From the NCBI GenBank assembly GCA_016906335.1, contig JADEYG010000007.1, positions 744,001-808,000 on the forward strand: DNA of 64,000 nt. The letters run 5' to 3'. The notes beneath the pieces are model-generated. The model saw only the letters and a program-made list of their open reading frames with translations. It did no database searches and was not told where the DNA came from. Source of the DNA: Novakomyces olei (Eukaryota). The translations under genes and the position numbers were made by a program. Positions 27,007 to 39,697 of this stretch are shown one piece after another (position 1 is the first letter of the stretch; each line of letters starts with the position of its first letter).

Positions 27007-27667
27007 CTGTACCAGGTCTAGTTGCTTTGCTGGACAGCAGGGCTGTATCATATTAAACCCTAAGATCAACATAAAACCCTAATCATAACCCTAACCATAA
27101 AATCTGCCATCTATAATACTATTTTCACGATCTTATTTCGAGCAACTTGGATATATACGAGTATTGATAGACTATGACTGATAAATTAATGTGCTGATAA
27201 TCTTCATAGTTACTTTACCGTTGTGCTACCAAGTTAAGTGGTACCTTGTCTCACTGTAATAAGGACAAAAGTTCCAAGTAAAAGCAACATTGCACATGTG
27301 GTTCTTGCTTATTGCAGGTTAGGCGGTTCACCTCCCCCTTCGCTGCAGTCTGCGTCTAGTACTTTTCAAAGACTGATGAAGGCCAATTGCAGTAGATGGA
27401 GACGAGGTGAATCTGCAGCTATCGAGTATATCTATGCTGAACGGTCAGTGCTTTTATTGGCCCCTGGATTGTTACAAAGTTGCCGCCGTACTTGACCAAT
27501 TAAGACTGGAAGGTTTGGCACTTTGCACCTGTGCAATTACAGTCGTGCTTGATAAGGCCTCAGACTCTTTTGTGTCTGCTTGCTTGATTATTCAATCACG
27601 CCTCCGTCTCTTTTTGGCCGAGTTGACAACGGTACATAGCTGCCGACCTTGTTCCTGCCTTTGCATT

Positions 27668-27772
27668 CTAACTCTTTGCATTTAACTCTTTGCATAAACT
27701 CTTTTCATCAGCTCTTTTCATCATCTCTTTTCATCAGCTTTTTTCATCAGCTCTTTTCATCAGCTCTTTCCA
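27668..27772 (+). repeat. 13-bp tandem repeat CTTTTCATCAGCT (about 5.5 units) preceded by two AACTCTTTGCAT units, just upstream of the ELL ATG
   Basis: Directly visible. Confidence 0.8.
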
Positions 27773-27828
27773 TTTGTCACTTGGCCTTTTTCTTCCGATA
27801 ATCGTGCTCCGAGTCTGTTTCAGCGACA

Positions 27829-29940
27829 ATGGATGTCAAGGACGGGGCCAAAGTCGTAAACGAGGAAGAAAGTGCCATCCCCTTTGCACATATAATCAAG
27901 CTGGGTCCAGAGCACATTGATCAAATCGTGGCAAATTCTGGAAATCTTTTTATTGAATTTCCTTCCTTGCCCTCGCAGGGTACATCAAACGCGTCTGCAA
28001 GTGCCCAGCAACGTGACCTGAACGGCTCTGTACATTTTGGATCACATTCGTACTCGTTCAATGCAACAGACATTTCTGGCAAAGGGCAGGGCAGCAATAG
28101 TCAGCAGGGCACAGAGTACCTGTACCGCCTAAACGCTCGAGGAAACCAGTTGAGGCACGTTTACTCTGCCAAACGCAGGATCAACGTTGACCGGAAACTG
28201 AGTGAGGTAAAGTCGCTAAGGGCAAGAGCGAGTACGGGCGCGTCCAATGTGAGTGCCGGTGGGGAAAGAAAAGTACAGGAAGTTGAGCACGCAAGGCGAC
28301 GGGATGGTAGTTTAGTGGCCCATAAGCTGCAGAGTGCCAGTAGTGCAGGTGCAGTGTCGAGCAGTACTGGTAATAATGGCACGGGGCCCGTGGCAAGTCC
28401 AGTTGCCTCGCCCAACCCGCACAGTATTGGTGGCATTTCGCGTGCAAATTTGCCCAGGTCACCTGCGAATGCAGTCACGCCAGGTTCCACAAGCTCTCCA
28501 ATGAGGAATACTGGCAAAAAGCCCACGGGCAGGCAGCCCAAGGGGATGCTGGACGCCGGCCTTGTCCCGCGGATTACACAGATCCTGGCTGGAGGCAAAA
28601 TGAAAGAGTCACAGATCTTTGAAAGGGCAAAAGCGTCTGCGTCGGCGATTATAAAGATTCTCGAGTCAATCGCGGTCAGACAGGGAACTGATCCGGAAGA
28701 GTGGTGCTTGAAGAGTACGGCTACACTTAAACGCGGGGACAATGGCCAGTCTACACCGAGAAATAATAAAATCAAAGAAAGTGGAGGCAACAATACTAAT
28801 ACCAATAACCCTTCCAAAACCAATGCCACAGAGAACGATGCCGGTAATAACGTATCCGGCAAAGATGAATTAGCGACGTGTGCAGCGGTCGCACCGGCTC
28901 AGTCTTGTCCGCCTGTGGTATCTGCAAAAGTCTCACCGGAAGACGATCCGCCTCAGTTGGAAAAGGCGGCTGTTTCGCCAAAAGAAGCTAAGCCTACTGC
29001 GCCTTCCAAATCAAAGGCTGATGGCGGTGGCGGTGATGTAAAGGATGATGGAAGCAGTGCTCTGGCATCTAAATCCCCACAAAAAACAGGTCAAGTGCAG
29101 AGCAAGTCGGGACAAAGTTCGGGAACGAAAACTATAACTGATGTTAAAGACCATGACCATCTCGCACAGGAAACCAAAAGGCCAATCAAGCCTTTGGCAG
29201 CAGAACAGCCTACAAAACTTGGTGCAAAGCAGGAAGAAATCTTGGCCAAAAATCCTAACCACGAAACAAGTCCAGCAGGCTTGCAGGATAAGCAAATTGA
29301 AGGGCTACAAGTTGCGAATGGGCACAGAGTTAGCCGTCATGAGAACACCCAAAGAAAGGAATCCGATGCAAAGACAAACGGGCTCGAAACTGTCCAGGAA
29401 GCTGAGAAAGCTTCTGCCAGTGACAATAAAAGTATAAAGGAGAGCGAATCATTAAAGAAAGGAGCTTCAAAGAACGAATCCACGAATAGTTCGAGAACAA
29501 AAACTAGTTTGTCACCGGCAGTATTGGATCCACAAAACATGGAAAATAGTAAGGAAGATGGAGGCTCAAACGGAGCCGTGTACAAGAATAAAAGCTCTGA
29601 ATTATCGCCTTCAATACGGACGAAAAAAGGCGGCGATGAGCTTCCTTTACCTGAAGCCAAAAGAATAAAACGTAGTGTCTCGTCAGGCACTAGTAATACT
29701 TCAACTGCCCAAAATCACGCTGAAAATCTGGATGCCAGCATTACTGAAACAATAACAAAGTTCAAGTCTTCGTATTCAAAGTACGTTAAATTATACGAAA
29801 AACTAAAACAGTTCAAGGGGGACGAACAGGAACGGAATAAGCTGCGTAGCTCCTACTTACAGTTGCACAGAGATATGGAAAGATGGAAGCGGAGCATTTG
29901 GGAAGCAGACAACCCTTTAGCGACTACAGCTCAGCAATAG
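27829..29940 (+). CDS. ELL-like RNA polymerase II elongation factor
   Basis: N-terminal beta domain, central winged-helix-like segment (RITQILAG..ILESIA..W.LK), and C-terminal occludin-like helix pair FKSSYSKYVKLYEKL..LQLHRDMERWKRSIW. Confidence 0.65.
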   Translation: MDVKDGAKVVNEEESAIPFAHIIKLGPEHIDQIVANSGNLFIEFPSLPSQGTSNASASAQQRDLNGSVHFGSHSYSFNATDISGKGQGSNSQQGTEYLYRLNARGNQLRHVYSAKRRINVDRKLSEVKSLRARASTGASNVSAGGERKVQEVEHARRRDGSLVAHKLQSASSAGAVSSSTGNNGTGPVASPVASPNPHSIGGISRANLPRSPANAVTPGSTSSPMRNTGKKPTGRQPKGMLDAGLVPRITQILAGGKMKESQIFERAKASASAIIKILESIAVRQGTDPEEWCLKSTATLKRGDNGQSTPRNNKIKESGGNNTNTNNPSKTNATENDAGNNVSGKDELATCAAVAPAQSCPPVVSAKVSPEDDPPQLEKAAVSPKEAKPTAPSKSKADGGGGDVKDDGSSALASKSPQKTGQVQSKSGQSSGTKTITDVKDHDHLAQETKRPIKPLAAEQPTKLGAKQEEILAKNPNHETSPAGLQDKQIEGLQVANGHRVSRHENTQRKESDAKTNGLETVQEAEKASASDNKSIKESESLKKGASKNESTNSSRTKTSLSPAVLDPQNMENSKEDGGSNGAVYKNKSSELSPSIRTKKGGDELPLPEAKRIKRSVSSGTSNTSTAQNHAENLDASITETITKFKSSYSKYVKLYEKLKQFKGDEQERNKLRSSYLQLHRDMERWKRSIWEADNPLATTAQQ

Positions 29941-30288
29941 GGTTTGGCATATCTAGACAGGTAATGATGAGTGTTTGGAATATGCGGATCATGAATAGGC
30001 TGTTGCTCCTGCTTAATTATTTATTGATTTAAATTCAACTTTGTTTGACTATAAATAATTTGAATTTATGGCATGATATTTCTATTTGTGAAAGTACAGA
30101 AAAAGGAATGAAATAAATTTGGGCATACTGAATGTATTACTAAAAGACTTATTAAATAATACGAGGGAAATGCTGGGCACACAAATTGTTGTGTATATTT
30201 TTCTTTAATAGAAGACAAGATCTATACTAAGAGCCGACGTCGATTAGCTCAAATGATATATTTACATTACTAGACTAGTCACGGACGT

Positions 30289-31725
30289 TTATTCCGCCAA
30301 ATGTGCATAATCTGTCTCCTGTAATTTTTGGTTGAAAAACTTTTCGAGTTTTGTTGCGTTCTTAAAGTAAGCAAGATTGGACAAATATTGTTATCGCGCC
30401 TACCTTATAATACGGAGTGCTTTCGTCATTATACGTCCTGCAGTTGTTGAATACAAGCCGGCAATCATAACAAAAGGACTCTACGGAATCGTAAGCATCG
30501 TTTTCCAGCTTATGTTCTATAGTCGAGAGATCTGCCGAGTTAACAAAGGAGCAAATATTGCCTGCTTACCCATAGGCTCCTTGATAACATCATAATAATC
30601 TTGAACAATAGACTTATCCACCGGTGCTAAAAACGCCCAGGCGGATGGATGATTTTGCAATTCCAAAAGGATCATTTGCAAGACACCATAAAAGGGTTTC
30701 CGTTTGGGCCTGCGGGCACTTTTACTACATTAGCCAAGACCAACCAAAAAAAAAAAGATAGAATAGAATGAATAAATAAATAAAAATTAAATCGAACACT
30801 GAAACACAACGAGGCACTTACAGTTTATCCATTTCCTCTGACCACCCTGCTTCCACTGTATATGGTTAGCATTATTCAAAATTCTTATTCAAAATGCGAT
30901 TGAAGAAAGAAACCTTACATATTCCAGGTACGTCTGCCGGTTTAAAACGGGTCCCTTCCCGCTTGAAAGCCTTCAATCCGGGATATACAATATTCGAGCG
31001 GGTATATTTGTTTATTTGCTCTTGAATAGCAGCCTTTTGCCGCGCCAGTATGACGTTAGCAGACAAGTAGCGAATACGCGGCAGCATTGTACACTGCATT
31101 AAAGTCCCCCCCTCATAATCCTTGATATAGCCCATCCAGATAGATCTATCGAGGCTAATCTCCTTTGTAAAGCCCTGTTTGCGAAAGTACCCAATTGCGT
31201 AATTATCAGCGTATGTTAAAAAGTGCATTATTGGCGAAGTGCCTTTAACATAATCCTTTAGATGATTCATAAGGTGCGCGCCATAGCCGCGCACTTGCTC
31301 TGTAGACGAAATTGCACAAAACACAATCTCTGCAAATCGCCTATGGTTAAACGGACGGTAAGTTATCCCACCAACCACGGTCATTGGCTTCTTCACGATC
31401 GCCATAGACAAGTGATTTCGATCGTATATTAGACGTGCAATATACTCGCGAGGCATCTTTGGCAATTGCTTCATAAATATGTTTTTTAAGCCCGTGAGAA
31501 TTATCAAATTGTCTCTTGAATTGTCGTTATTAACCACCCAAAATTCTATATCGCCCTTGCGCTCTTCTGTAGCCGCGGGCTTTTCGCGCACTGAAACCCC
31601 ATCTTGTGTAACGTACGTGGCTCTTGACTCGTCATCGCCAGTTTTTTGCCGCTTTGCACTGGGCTCTTGGAGATGTTAATTGCGAACCAATTTATAGTAG
31701 CTTTACCTGCTTCTTCTTGGCTCAT
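30289..31725 (-). CDS. GCN5: Histone acetyltransferase Gcn5 (GNAT + bromodomain), multi-exon
   Basis: [45 protein letters not shown]; bromodomain [26 protein letters not shown]. Confidence 0.97.
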
Positions 31726-32274
31726 GCCGCCGAGTGCCTATTAGCACATTACCACAGAAATTGCTTCAAAGTATCAGCAATTGTTTGGATAAGTGTGCCA
31801 CCTGTGGGCGAGATCAGCGTGTGGAAGAATTACACTATAATTATCGAAGGATTACTCAATATTGAACCCATATTTTAAGCAGCAGTACCGTGAATAATTG
31901 TAGGACAGAATATAACGGCAGTGCGGAGCTAATTATGGAGTAGAATAGATCAAACGCAGACGGGGCCCGTCTGTTTATTGTATACGATAATAATACCGTT
32001 GAATGACGTATATAAAACAGGGCAAAACCCGTCAAGATGGTTATGTCAGGCTAAAGGAAACCTCTGATAAAGCTGGCAAATTGAATTACAGACTAATTGA
32101 TAGTACTCGGCTCTTGATGCCGAAAGGTCCAGTAGAATATTGTGATTGCTGGGATTCGCTCGTTTGTGTCGTAGATTCTGGTTGGCAATGCTTCTTGCTA
32201 CCACGATCATAATGATAATTTTTATGGCAAAATTAATCTATTTATTTATTCTATGAACATTACGGAGATTTTTG

Positions 32275-32495
32275 AATATTTTATATTTTATATTTTATAT
32301 TTTATATTTTATATTTTATATTTTATATTTTATATTTTATATTTTATATTTTATATTTTATATTTTATATTTTATATTTTATATTTTATATTTTATATTT
32401 TATATTTTATATTTTATATTTTATATTTTATATTTTATATTTTATATTTTATATTTTATATTTTATATTCTATATTTTATGTTTTATATTTTATG
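32275..32495. repeat. (TATATTT)n 7-bp microsatellite, about 28 units
   Basis: Directly visible upstream of OST5. Confidence 0.95.
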
Positions 32496-32544
32496 TTTTT
32501 ATTTATTATTTATTATTTCGCTTTTCTATATCACTCCCAAGCTC

Positions 32545-32886
32545 ATGTCACTTCAACAAGCCTGGACTCAGGCCGGTGCTCGGCGCAATGTCGACTTACC
32601 GCCGTACGCGCTGTATGCTTTTCTTACCGTCCTTTTGGCATTTGTCTTTGGTGTTTCGTTTGTCCTGTAAGTCTTCGTACTCATTGCCTTGCGTGCTATA
32701 TTAAACATTAATGCTCTATGTACAGTTCAGTAACGAAGAAAAGTACGGGCAGCAGGGCGACTAGTTTTGCGTGTGCAGTTCTGTCCAGCATTTCAGTCGG
32801 GTATGTGCAAAAGTGCAGTGCTGTAAAATCTAACCCGCAGGTTTGGCGCTGTCTATTTTATGGGCGCTGCTGGAGTTTACGTATAG
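32545..32886 (+). CDS. OST5: Oligosaccharyltransferase subunit Ost5/TMEM258, about 81 aa. Exons 32545-32666, 32725-32800, 32841-32886.
   Basis: Two hydrophobic helices; spliced C-terminus SSISVGFGAVYFMGAAGVYV* matches the family's GVYV ending. Not present as a single ORF in the track. Confidence 0.8.
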
Positions 32887-33087
32887 CCGTTGGCGTAAGG
32901 TATAGGGCGGCTGAACGTGTTTGCAACGGGGGATATACGGCGGCACAGTCAGATTCGCGATACAAAAGACTAAATTGAGTTTATGTATGATCAAATTGCA
33001 GATTTAGTCCACAATTGGCTTTGGCAGTTTGCCACGTGTAATTGTGATTATATAGTTGTAAAGCCACAGTTTAAGACGTGTACATAG

Positions 33088-33144
33088 ACGCGTAATAGTC
33101 TATGAAGATAGAGAACGCGAGCACATTAAAAAGACGTAACGCGG
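33088..33144. promoter_or_regulatory. MCB-like elements (ACGCGT, ACGCGA, ACGCGG) in the rad1 promoter
   Basis: Three ACGCG cores within 60 bp, about 100-150 bp upstream of the ATG. Confidence 0.5.
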
Positions 33145-33241
33145 CTGATGGATTCTGTACTTTAGCATTTAACCAAAATTAAGTGTCTGCGCTTTAGGTG
33201 TCTTACAATTCGTGCTCTTCGCGTCATTTGGATACCTTTAA

Positions 33242-34610
33242 ATGGCCACTGAAACTGACGCGGACAATAATGCTAGTTTTCACACTGCAAACAGACAGGG
33301 CAATGGTTCAGACGAAAAGCATGTGGTACGTTACCGCAGGTTTGATTATCTACACGATCGCAAAATCTGACTCTAGATTCTGGACGCTCTTGCTTTCTCT
33401 GTTAAACTCGTCTATGAGGCACTCCGCTGCCTGGCAATAAAGCCAACATGCCACATGCACGTGTCTGCCGCAGGTTTACGGCTTGCTGTAACTGAAGCAA
33501 ACAGTCTTGAGTGTAAGCCGCGATACATTTCCTCTATTTTCTCTATTTTGCTCATTAATGGCCCTTGATCCTAAAGGATTTGGCTTCAGCATTGGCTTTG
33601 GTCGTCAGTGTGGCTAATAAAAGGCAATGCTTTTCTCGGGCACGAGATATTTGCAAAATACCAATTTGCAAAAGACGGGCCTGTGGTGTTACAAGTCTCA
33701 CTCAAGGCTTTACTCGGCTGCTTGAGCGTATTCGGGCTCGATACGCGGGAGAAAAGCTCGCTCGTGGATTCTGCTTCGGTTTTTCGAAACTTGGCGGGGT
33801 CATGCCGGTTTTTTCTGGCAACAGACGATCAGCTAAAGATAACGTACGCTTTCCGTTTTCGTGCGTGTCCTTTTGTATTTCGTTATACCTGGAACCATTC
33901 AAACGATTCATCAATGGACATTTTATTTTTTAGGATTTCTGCTTGCCTTCTTGCTTCATCTACTCTAGTGCCTTCTTAAAGAGTACTGCTCCTTTAATGT
34001 TGTTTGTATTACAGCTCTGCCTCGTTTCAACCACAATATCTTACCTATACAGTGTGGAGGAGGCGGGCATAGTAACAGTGTGCGCACTAACGTCCTACCA
34101 GCCGGAGGCTGTAGAGGAAATCCCCTTTGACGAGGACCAATTGGCCTTTAAAATAATTTTAAAAGTAACGAATTGATTTTTTGTTCAATGGCTATTTATG
34201 TATTTATTTACCGTTTATCTAACGTCTAGAGCGACTGGTTATTGGACGCATTACAGGAAATTGAAAGTGCTGGCGGTGCAAACATTGAATTTGCAGTGAG
34301 TCCGCAAGCGCCCAACCTTGTTATTGCTACAAGCGGGTCTCTGTACAGTGTTCGGCTCGAGTACCCTGATGCGCGTTCGCGAACGGTGCTTGAAACTTTT
34401 GCTTGTGAGGGAGCGACGCGATTCCGCTACCCGTGGTCTCTTGTCCGGCATACTTTACGGGCTGTTGGTGCAAGTACAAAGGCGAGTCTTCGTGTTGATG
34501 TGAATGGCGTCATGAATTTACAGCTTATGATTGTTTCTTCGGGAAACTCGGCAGCAAAGACGTTTGTAGAGTTTCGAATACTGCCGTGCTCGGAGGAGGA
34601 AGACGGTTAG
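33242..34610 (+). CDS. rad1: 9-1-1 checkpoint clamp subunit Rad1 (S. cerevisiae Rad17), 5 exons
   Basis: Spliced translation YEALRCL..GLRLAV..AFLGHEIFAKY..LLGCLSVFG..EEAGIVTVCALTSY..WLLDALQE..KASLRVDVNGVMNLQLM..FVEFRILP. Confidence 0.85.
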
Positions 34611-34926
34611 GGCTGACGGTTGTACGCGAGTGCCGTGTCGAGTTGGGTACTGTATACTTTGCGCAGTTGCTTACTGTTTCGATATTATATATGAGCTGTT
34701 GCAGTATCTGTGGGGCAGATACTCATGCGGGTGCTCAGTCATCAATTAAAAAGAATTGTAAAAGAGCTAATGCTCTAGCATTGCTCTCAACGTCAAATTG
34801 AACGAGACAATGGTATCTCAAAACTTTAGAGATATTTCATTTAAATAAAAAGTTAAAATGCGATTTATTGAACAAATTCTATACGATGCCGTCATCTTAC
34901 CATGGCACTGTTTGGGTATCTACTCG

Positions 34927-37900
34927 TTAAAGCACATCCGCCACGGGAAAGAGTTCAATGATGCTTTTCTGTTCTTCATTACGACTTACCCGGTAGAAAT
35001 GGTCGCAGTATTCCGGGCAATTCATTAAACGGATAAAGTTTTCGTCATCTAGAGTTAGTATGGTTCAGGATCAAAATCGTACATGTAAACATATACATGT
35101 ACATATTTATTGATGCGTTTAATTGATTATTCAATTTCGGTTGGTATTTCTTTTTCTTCTTTTCTTCCTTTTTTCATTTCATTATTTCATTTTATTATTT
35201 ATTTATTCATTTTATTATTTATTTATTTATTTTATTCCCTTTTTATTATCTTTTACTCCTTACGCGTAATAACAACCAGTTGAAAGTTGGACTGCCTTCT
35301 CCGGTTTTCAACAACTTTAGCCAATGATTTAGCAAGGCTTTCAATGTTGTCCACATCAAGATTCGTAGTCGGTTCGTCGAGGCACAAGATACCGCACTGA
35401 ACACTAAAGCACTCGGCCAGAGCAAGTCTAATAATTATACTGGCCAGTACCTTTTGCCCTGCACTGCATCTGCCACGCATATCTAGCTCAGCGCTTCCCT
35501 TAACCATGCAAACGCGGTAGTTGTATGAGCGGTTGCCCCGTGCACCTTCGCTGTCAGAGCGGATCAGGATAGAGTCAACGTCCGTTCCGCAGTAAGTGTC
35601 CTTCCACAACTCGTCCAGGATCCGATTGACCTGGTCCATCTTCACGCTGTGGTACTTCATTATTGCATTGTCCAGCGCTTTCCCGTACTTTGCCAGATCG
35701 TCGTTGGCTTTTTCTGCAGTCCGCAGCTTTATCAGCTGAGCCCGGTATACTTCTCCAGCGTCCTTGTACTCGGTCGCTAGCTCTTTTTGCAGCCGGCGCA
35801 GCTGGTCGTCCATCTGCTTAACCTCTCCAAGAAACCCGGCACGTTTGGCGTTCAGCAGGCCATACGCATCTCGAAGTTCTTGAGAAAGGTGCTGGAACTG
35901 TGCTCGGTTCCGCAGAGCTTGTGCCTCGTCGTGCTGGGCAATCTCCTTGACCAGCGAGTCCCGCTCTGCCTCGAGCCGCTTGTACCTCAAACTGTCCGCC
36001 AAATTGCGCTCAGTGGCCCAAAGGCTGTTCAACTGCTTCTCCGTTTCACTGTACTTTGCCGAGTCTTGAGTAATCAGCGACTGCAAGTCGTCAACTGCAC
36101 TCTGCGCTTGCCGTACAGAGTCGTTTGACTCCTGTACCCGCTCTTTGCCTCCAATGTCCCGCTCAAAGTCTTGAATCTGTTGCTGCAAAGAGTCCAGCCG
36201 CATCACTATTTGCTGCAGCTTTGCATGCTCTTTTGTAGCTTCAGCCTGCCGTTTGTCAGCGGCTTTTTTGGCCTCTTCCACCAAATGCTTTTGCTGGTTC
36301 AAACTCTTTTGCACCCGGTCAAACTGCTCTTCTGCTGCTTCGATCTCTTGCAGGCTTGATTTAGCCGCTTTTTCGTGCTCAGCGATACGATCAGCCAAAA
36401 GCTGATCGTCACTAAGCCTATGCTCCAGGTCTGAGATTGTGAGCTGAATGTCCCTCCGCTTGTTGTCCTTGGCAACTATTTCTTGCCGAATCGAATCCCT
36501 CTGCGCAGTCAAAAGCTCAATCTCGGCTTTAGTGGCTTTTGCTCTGGCATTGCATCTTTGTATGGCAGCATGCAGCTGCTCCGGGTCTGAAGCTGTGCCA
36601 AAGGAGGCCAGCTCGTTACGCAGAGACTGCAGTTTATCGCCCAGGCCCTGAACCGTGTCCCAGTCTTTTATGCCAGACTCTATTTGCTCTACTATTAGCT
36701 GCAATTGCTGCAATTTTTGGCGCTCTTTTTGCTCTTGTTCCTGTAAGTGCTTGACCTTTTCCACACTCGCCCGGCCTTCAGCTGCAACATTATCCAGCTC
36801 CTGGCGCGCTTTAGCCAGCTGGTCTTGCTGTCTGGAGCGCACTAGTGACTTGTAAACAGGCTCAATCTCCTGTGCCACTTGCAAATCCGTTTTTACCGAG
36901 GCAATTTGCTGTGAAAGCTGGGCTTCGCGAGACGGTATCTGCTCAATACGCGCCCCCACAATACTCGTAAACGCAGACTTGTCCCCGTCTGTATCAAACT
37001 TGCGCTGGCAAAGGGAACAGCAGTTGCGATCGCCAGCAATGTCCAGTGCTTGAGAAAACCAGGAAACGGCAAAGTTTATGCCCTGTAATTGGCCGTCCAG
37101 CTTGTCAAGTTGGGCCTGCAGTGACGATTGGATCCCGGGAAACTCTTCTACAGAATCACAGACTTCTAATATCTGCCGTTCCCAGTTGGACTCGTCCGCC
37201 TCCAAGGCCGCGACTTGGGTCTGTGCTTGCTCCCTGTACACTGCAGTTCGGGCAGCATTGTCATTGGCCTCCTTCAGGCTTGCCACTGTCCTATCAACAT
37301 GGGCCTGGCACTCTTGAAGGTGCTGCTTGGCGGACGGTAAAAGCTGCTTCAAGTTTTCGCTTTTAATTTCTATTTCAATGGGTCCCACCTGGTTTGCCCA
37401 AGAGTCGTTCAGCAATTCAACGGTTTTGTCTACATTCTGCTGAGCCTGGCTCAAACTGCTTTCCTCCACCGAGATCCGTGTCGTCAAGGACTGATCCCGT
37501 CCTAGGGTCGCAAGTTCGCCATTGAGCATTTCCAATTCGTGCTCACAGCCCGAAAGCTGTGACTGCTTTTCTCGAATTTGAGAGTCGTGCAAAGAGTCTT
37601 TAAGTGCTGTACGTGCCTGTTCAAGCGAGCCCTCGAGCTCTCTCACTTGTCTCCTTCTATCCGTGATCGACTCGTGGGCCAGACGAGTATCCAGCTTGGC
37701 CCTTTGCCGTTCCAGGTCTTTTACCTGCTCTGTAGCCTCTCTCCAGCGAGTTCGCGCTGAAGATATTTGCTGTTCAATCACAGACGCTTCGAGAGCAAGC
37801 GCCTGCAATTTATCCTGTGCTTCAAACAAACGCCGACTGTCCTCTGCCTTGAAGTCGGCCAGCTTCTGCTGAGCCAATGTCTCTTGCTCTCTCAGCTTTA

Positions 37901-39062
37901 AGGACCCTTCTGCCACATCTAATGACTCGTCCCCTAGCGATGCATGAATATGCTGGCTCAATTGCCGCAATCGAGCCGTGTACGCTTCGTAAGCGGCTTC
38001 GGCCCGGCCATGCTCCGACTGAGCATGTGACAATCGGGTCCTCGCCTCTTCGAGTCGCGATTCATTTTGAGCAATAGACCGTTGCAAGACAACATTTTGA
38101 TTCTTACGCAGCTCCATACTGCGAGCAAAGTTGTCACGCTCCCTTTCCAAATCAGCCAGCGAAGTGTCAGGGTTTTCTGGGAGTTTCAAGTCGGATGCAA
38201 TCAAGGATTCCATTGCGTCAGTTATGGCGCGTACTTGATTACGCAGATTTGCCAGGCTGGCTAGTGTATGCTCAAAATCCTGGTTTGATCGGAACAATTG
38301 CTCTTGCCGGTCTGATGTCTCCTGAATTTGTTCTTCCACGGATGCTACCTGCGCAGTTAATTCATCAATTTTGGCGGACGTCTCTTTTGAATTCTTTTCT
38401 ATCCGTGCCGCCCTATCACAGTCAGTGCGATAATGAGCCAGAGCAGCTTCGTCAATTTTGACTTGTGTAATCTGTTCTTTGCGTATAGCCTTTATCTGAT
38501 CCAGAGCCTTGGCATACCGCAGGGCCTCAAAGATTTCGTCAAACTTTTTTTTCAATACTCCCGGCTCAGAGAGTGGCCAGAAAGAGTCCTCTTGATGGCA
38601 AAAGATGACATTGTCGAGTACAGCGCGTGAGACTCCGAGCGAACGCGGGATCAACGCATCAAGCTCAGCACACCGGCTCGATATAGCCGATCGTTCTCCG
38701 TTACGTATGACTACTAAATTTCCATCCAGCGTTTTCTGCTGACGCGATGATTTCTTTACAGAAAGCTGGAGCGACCTGGTACAAATCATACGAGCGCCAC
38801 TTGTATTGTTAAAGGACAGCTTTACCTGCGCATAGACGTCCTTCTCCCCGCAGATACTGGGATCATGAATAAATGCACCGTTTCGCGAGTTTGGTGGTAG
38901 ATCTCCCGTTGTCGCGTACTTTAGACATTCGATAATCGTAGTCTTACCCGACCCATTGTGGCCCACAATAAGGGTCAGCGGACTGAAAAACTGGATAGTT
39001 TCCCGCGTGCGGTGGTCAAACGACCTGACCCCCATTATACTGAGTTTGTCGAAAGACGACAT
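34927..39062 (-). CDS. RAD50: Rad50 SMC-like ATPase; one intron near the 3' end, splitting ITHD
   Basis: Walker A GHNGSGKT, FCHQED, coiled coil with zinc hook CSLC, signature CSAGQK, Walker B LDEPTTNLD, spliced VITHDE. Confidence 0.97.
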
Positions 39063-39303
39063 TGTGATCGGCCGTCTGATTCAAAGGCGGTAAAGACGAA
39101 AATTAGCGATAAAAAAGTAGGGGGAAAGGGGGGAGGAGATATTTTAAAATGCAGCTTCAAGATATGAGACACTTAATGAGCCAAACAGCCGACCGAGCCA
39201 AGCTCAGCACGGCTAAGCTTGGCCTTTCTGCTTTGCTCTCTGCCTGTGCAATAAGCACTGCTCAGCAAATGAAATATCAGAAAACCCTAATAATTGGATT
39301 TTG

Positions 39304-39364
39304 GTCACGTGACTATATAATCTAGAATTTTGGTAGCGTAAACGGCTGACTCACATCCCGCGTA
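39304..39364. promoter_or_regulatory. Motif cluster in the divergent RAD50/GH5 promoter: GTCACGTGAC, TGACTCA and CGCGT
   Basis: Perfect 10-bp palindromic E-box at 39304-39313, AP-1/Gcn4-type site at 39347-39353, MCB-like core. Confidence 0.4.
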
Positions 39365-39697
39365 CGTACGTGTGTATGTGCGATAAGGTTAGTGGTTTGA
39401 GGCGATAAGACAATTGCGTAAATAAACGGCACAAAAACTAATCAATCGCATGGAATTAATGGGAAAGCGAGCAATGACCCTGAAGAAAATGCGGAAACCT
39501 AAAACCTAAACCCGAAACTTACAGAAAAATACAATGGAACAAGTACAATATGAATTACAAAGCCCTTACCATTGCCCGTGCGTGGGCAAACACCTGTATG
39601 TGAGAGCAAAGCTGGTTCTTATCCAAACTCTATTGCTGTATCATTAGTATATAAAGTCTCCTGGCGCTCGTTGTGTCACAGCGCGTCTTAATCAAAT

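Noticed and set aside
33198-34240. Frameshifted pseudogene appearance of rad1 (also THS1, APE4, CHK1 and GCN5)
   Set aside because: The frame breaks I checked coincide with canonical introns that restore the reading frame.
35787-38630. Many short antisense ORFs over RAD50 and other long genes
   Set aside because: Expected shadows of coding-strand codon bias, with no recognisable motifs.
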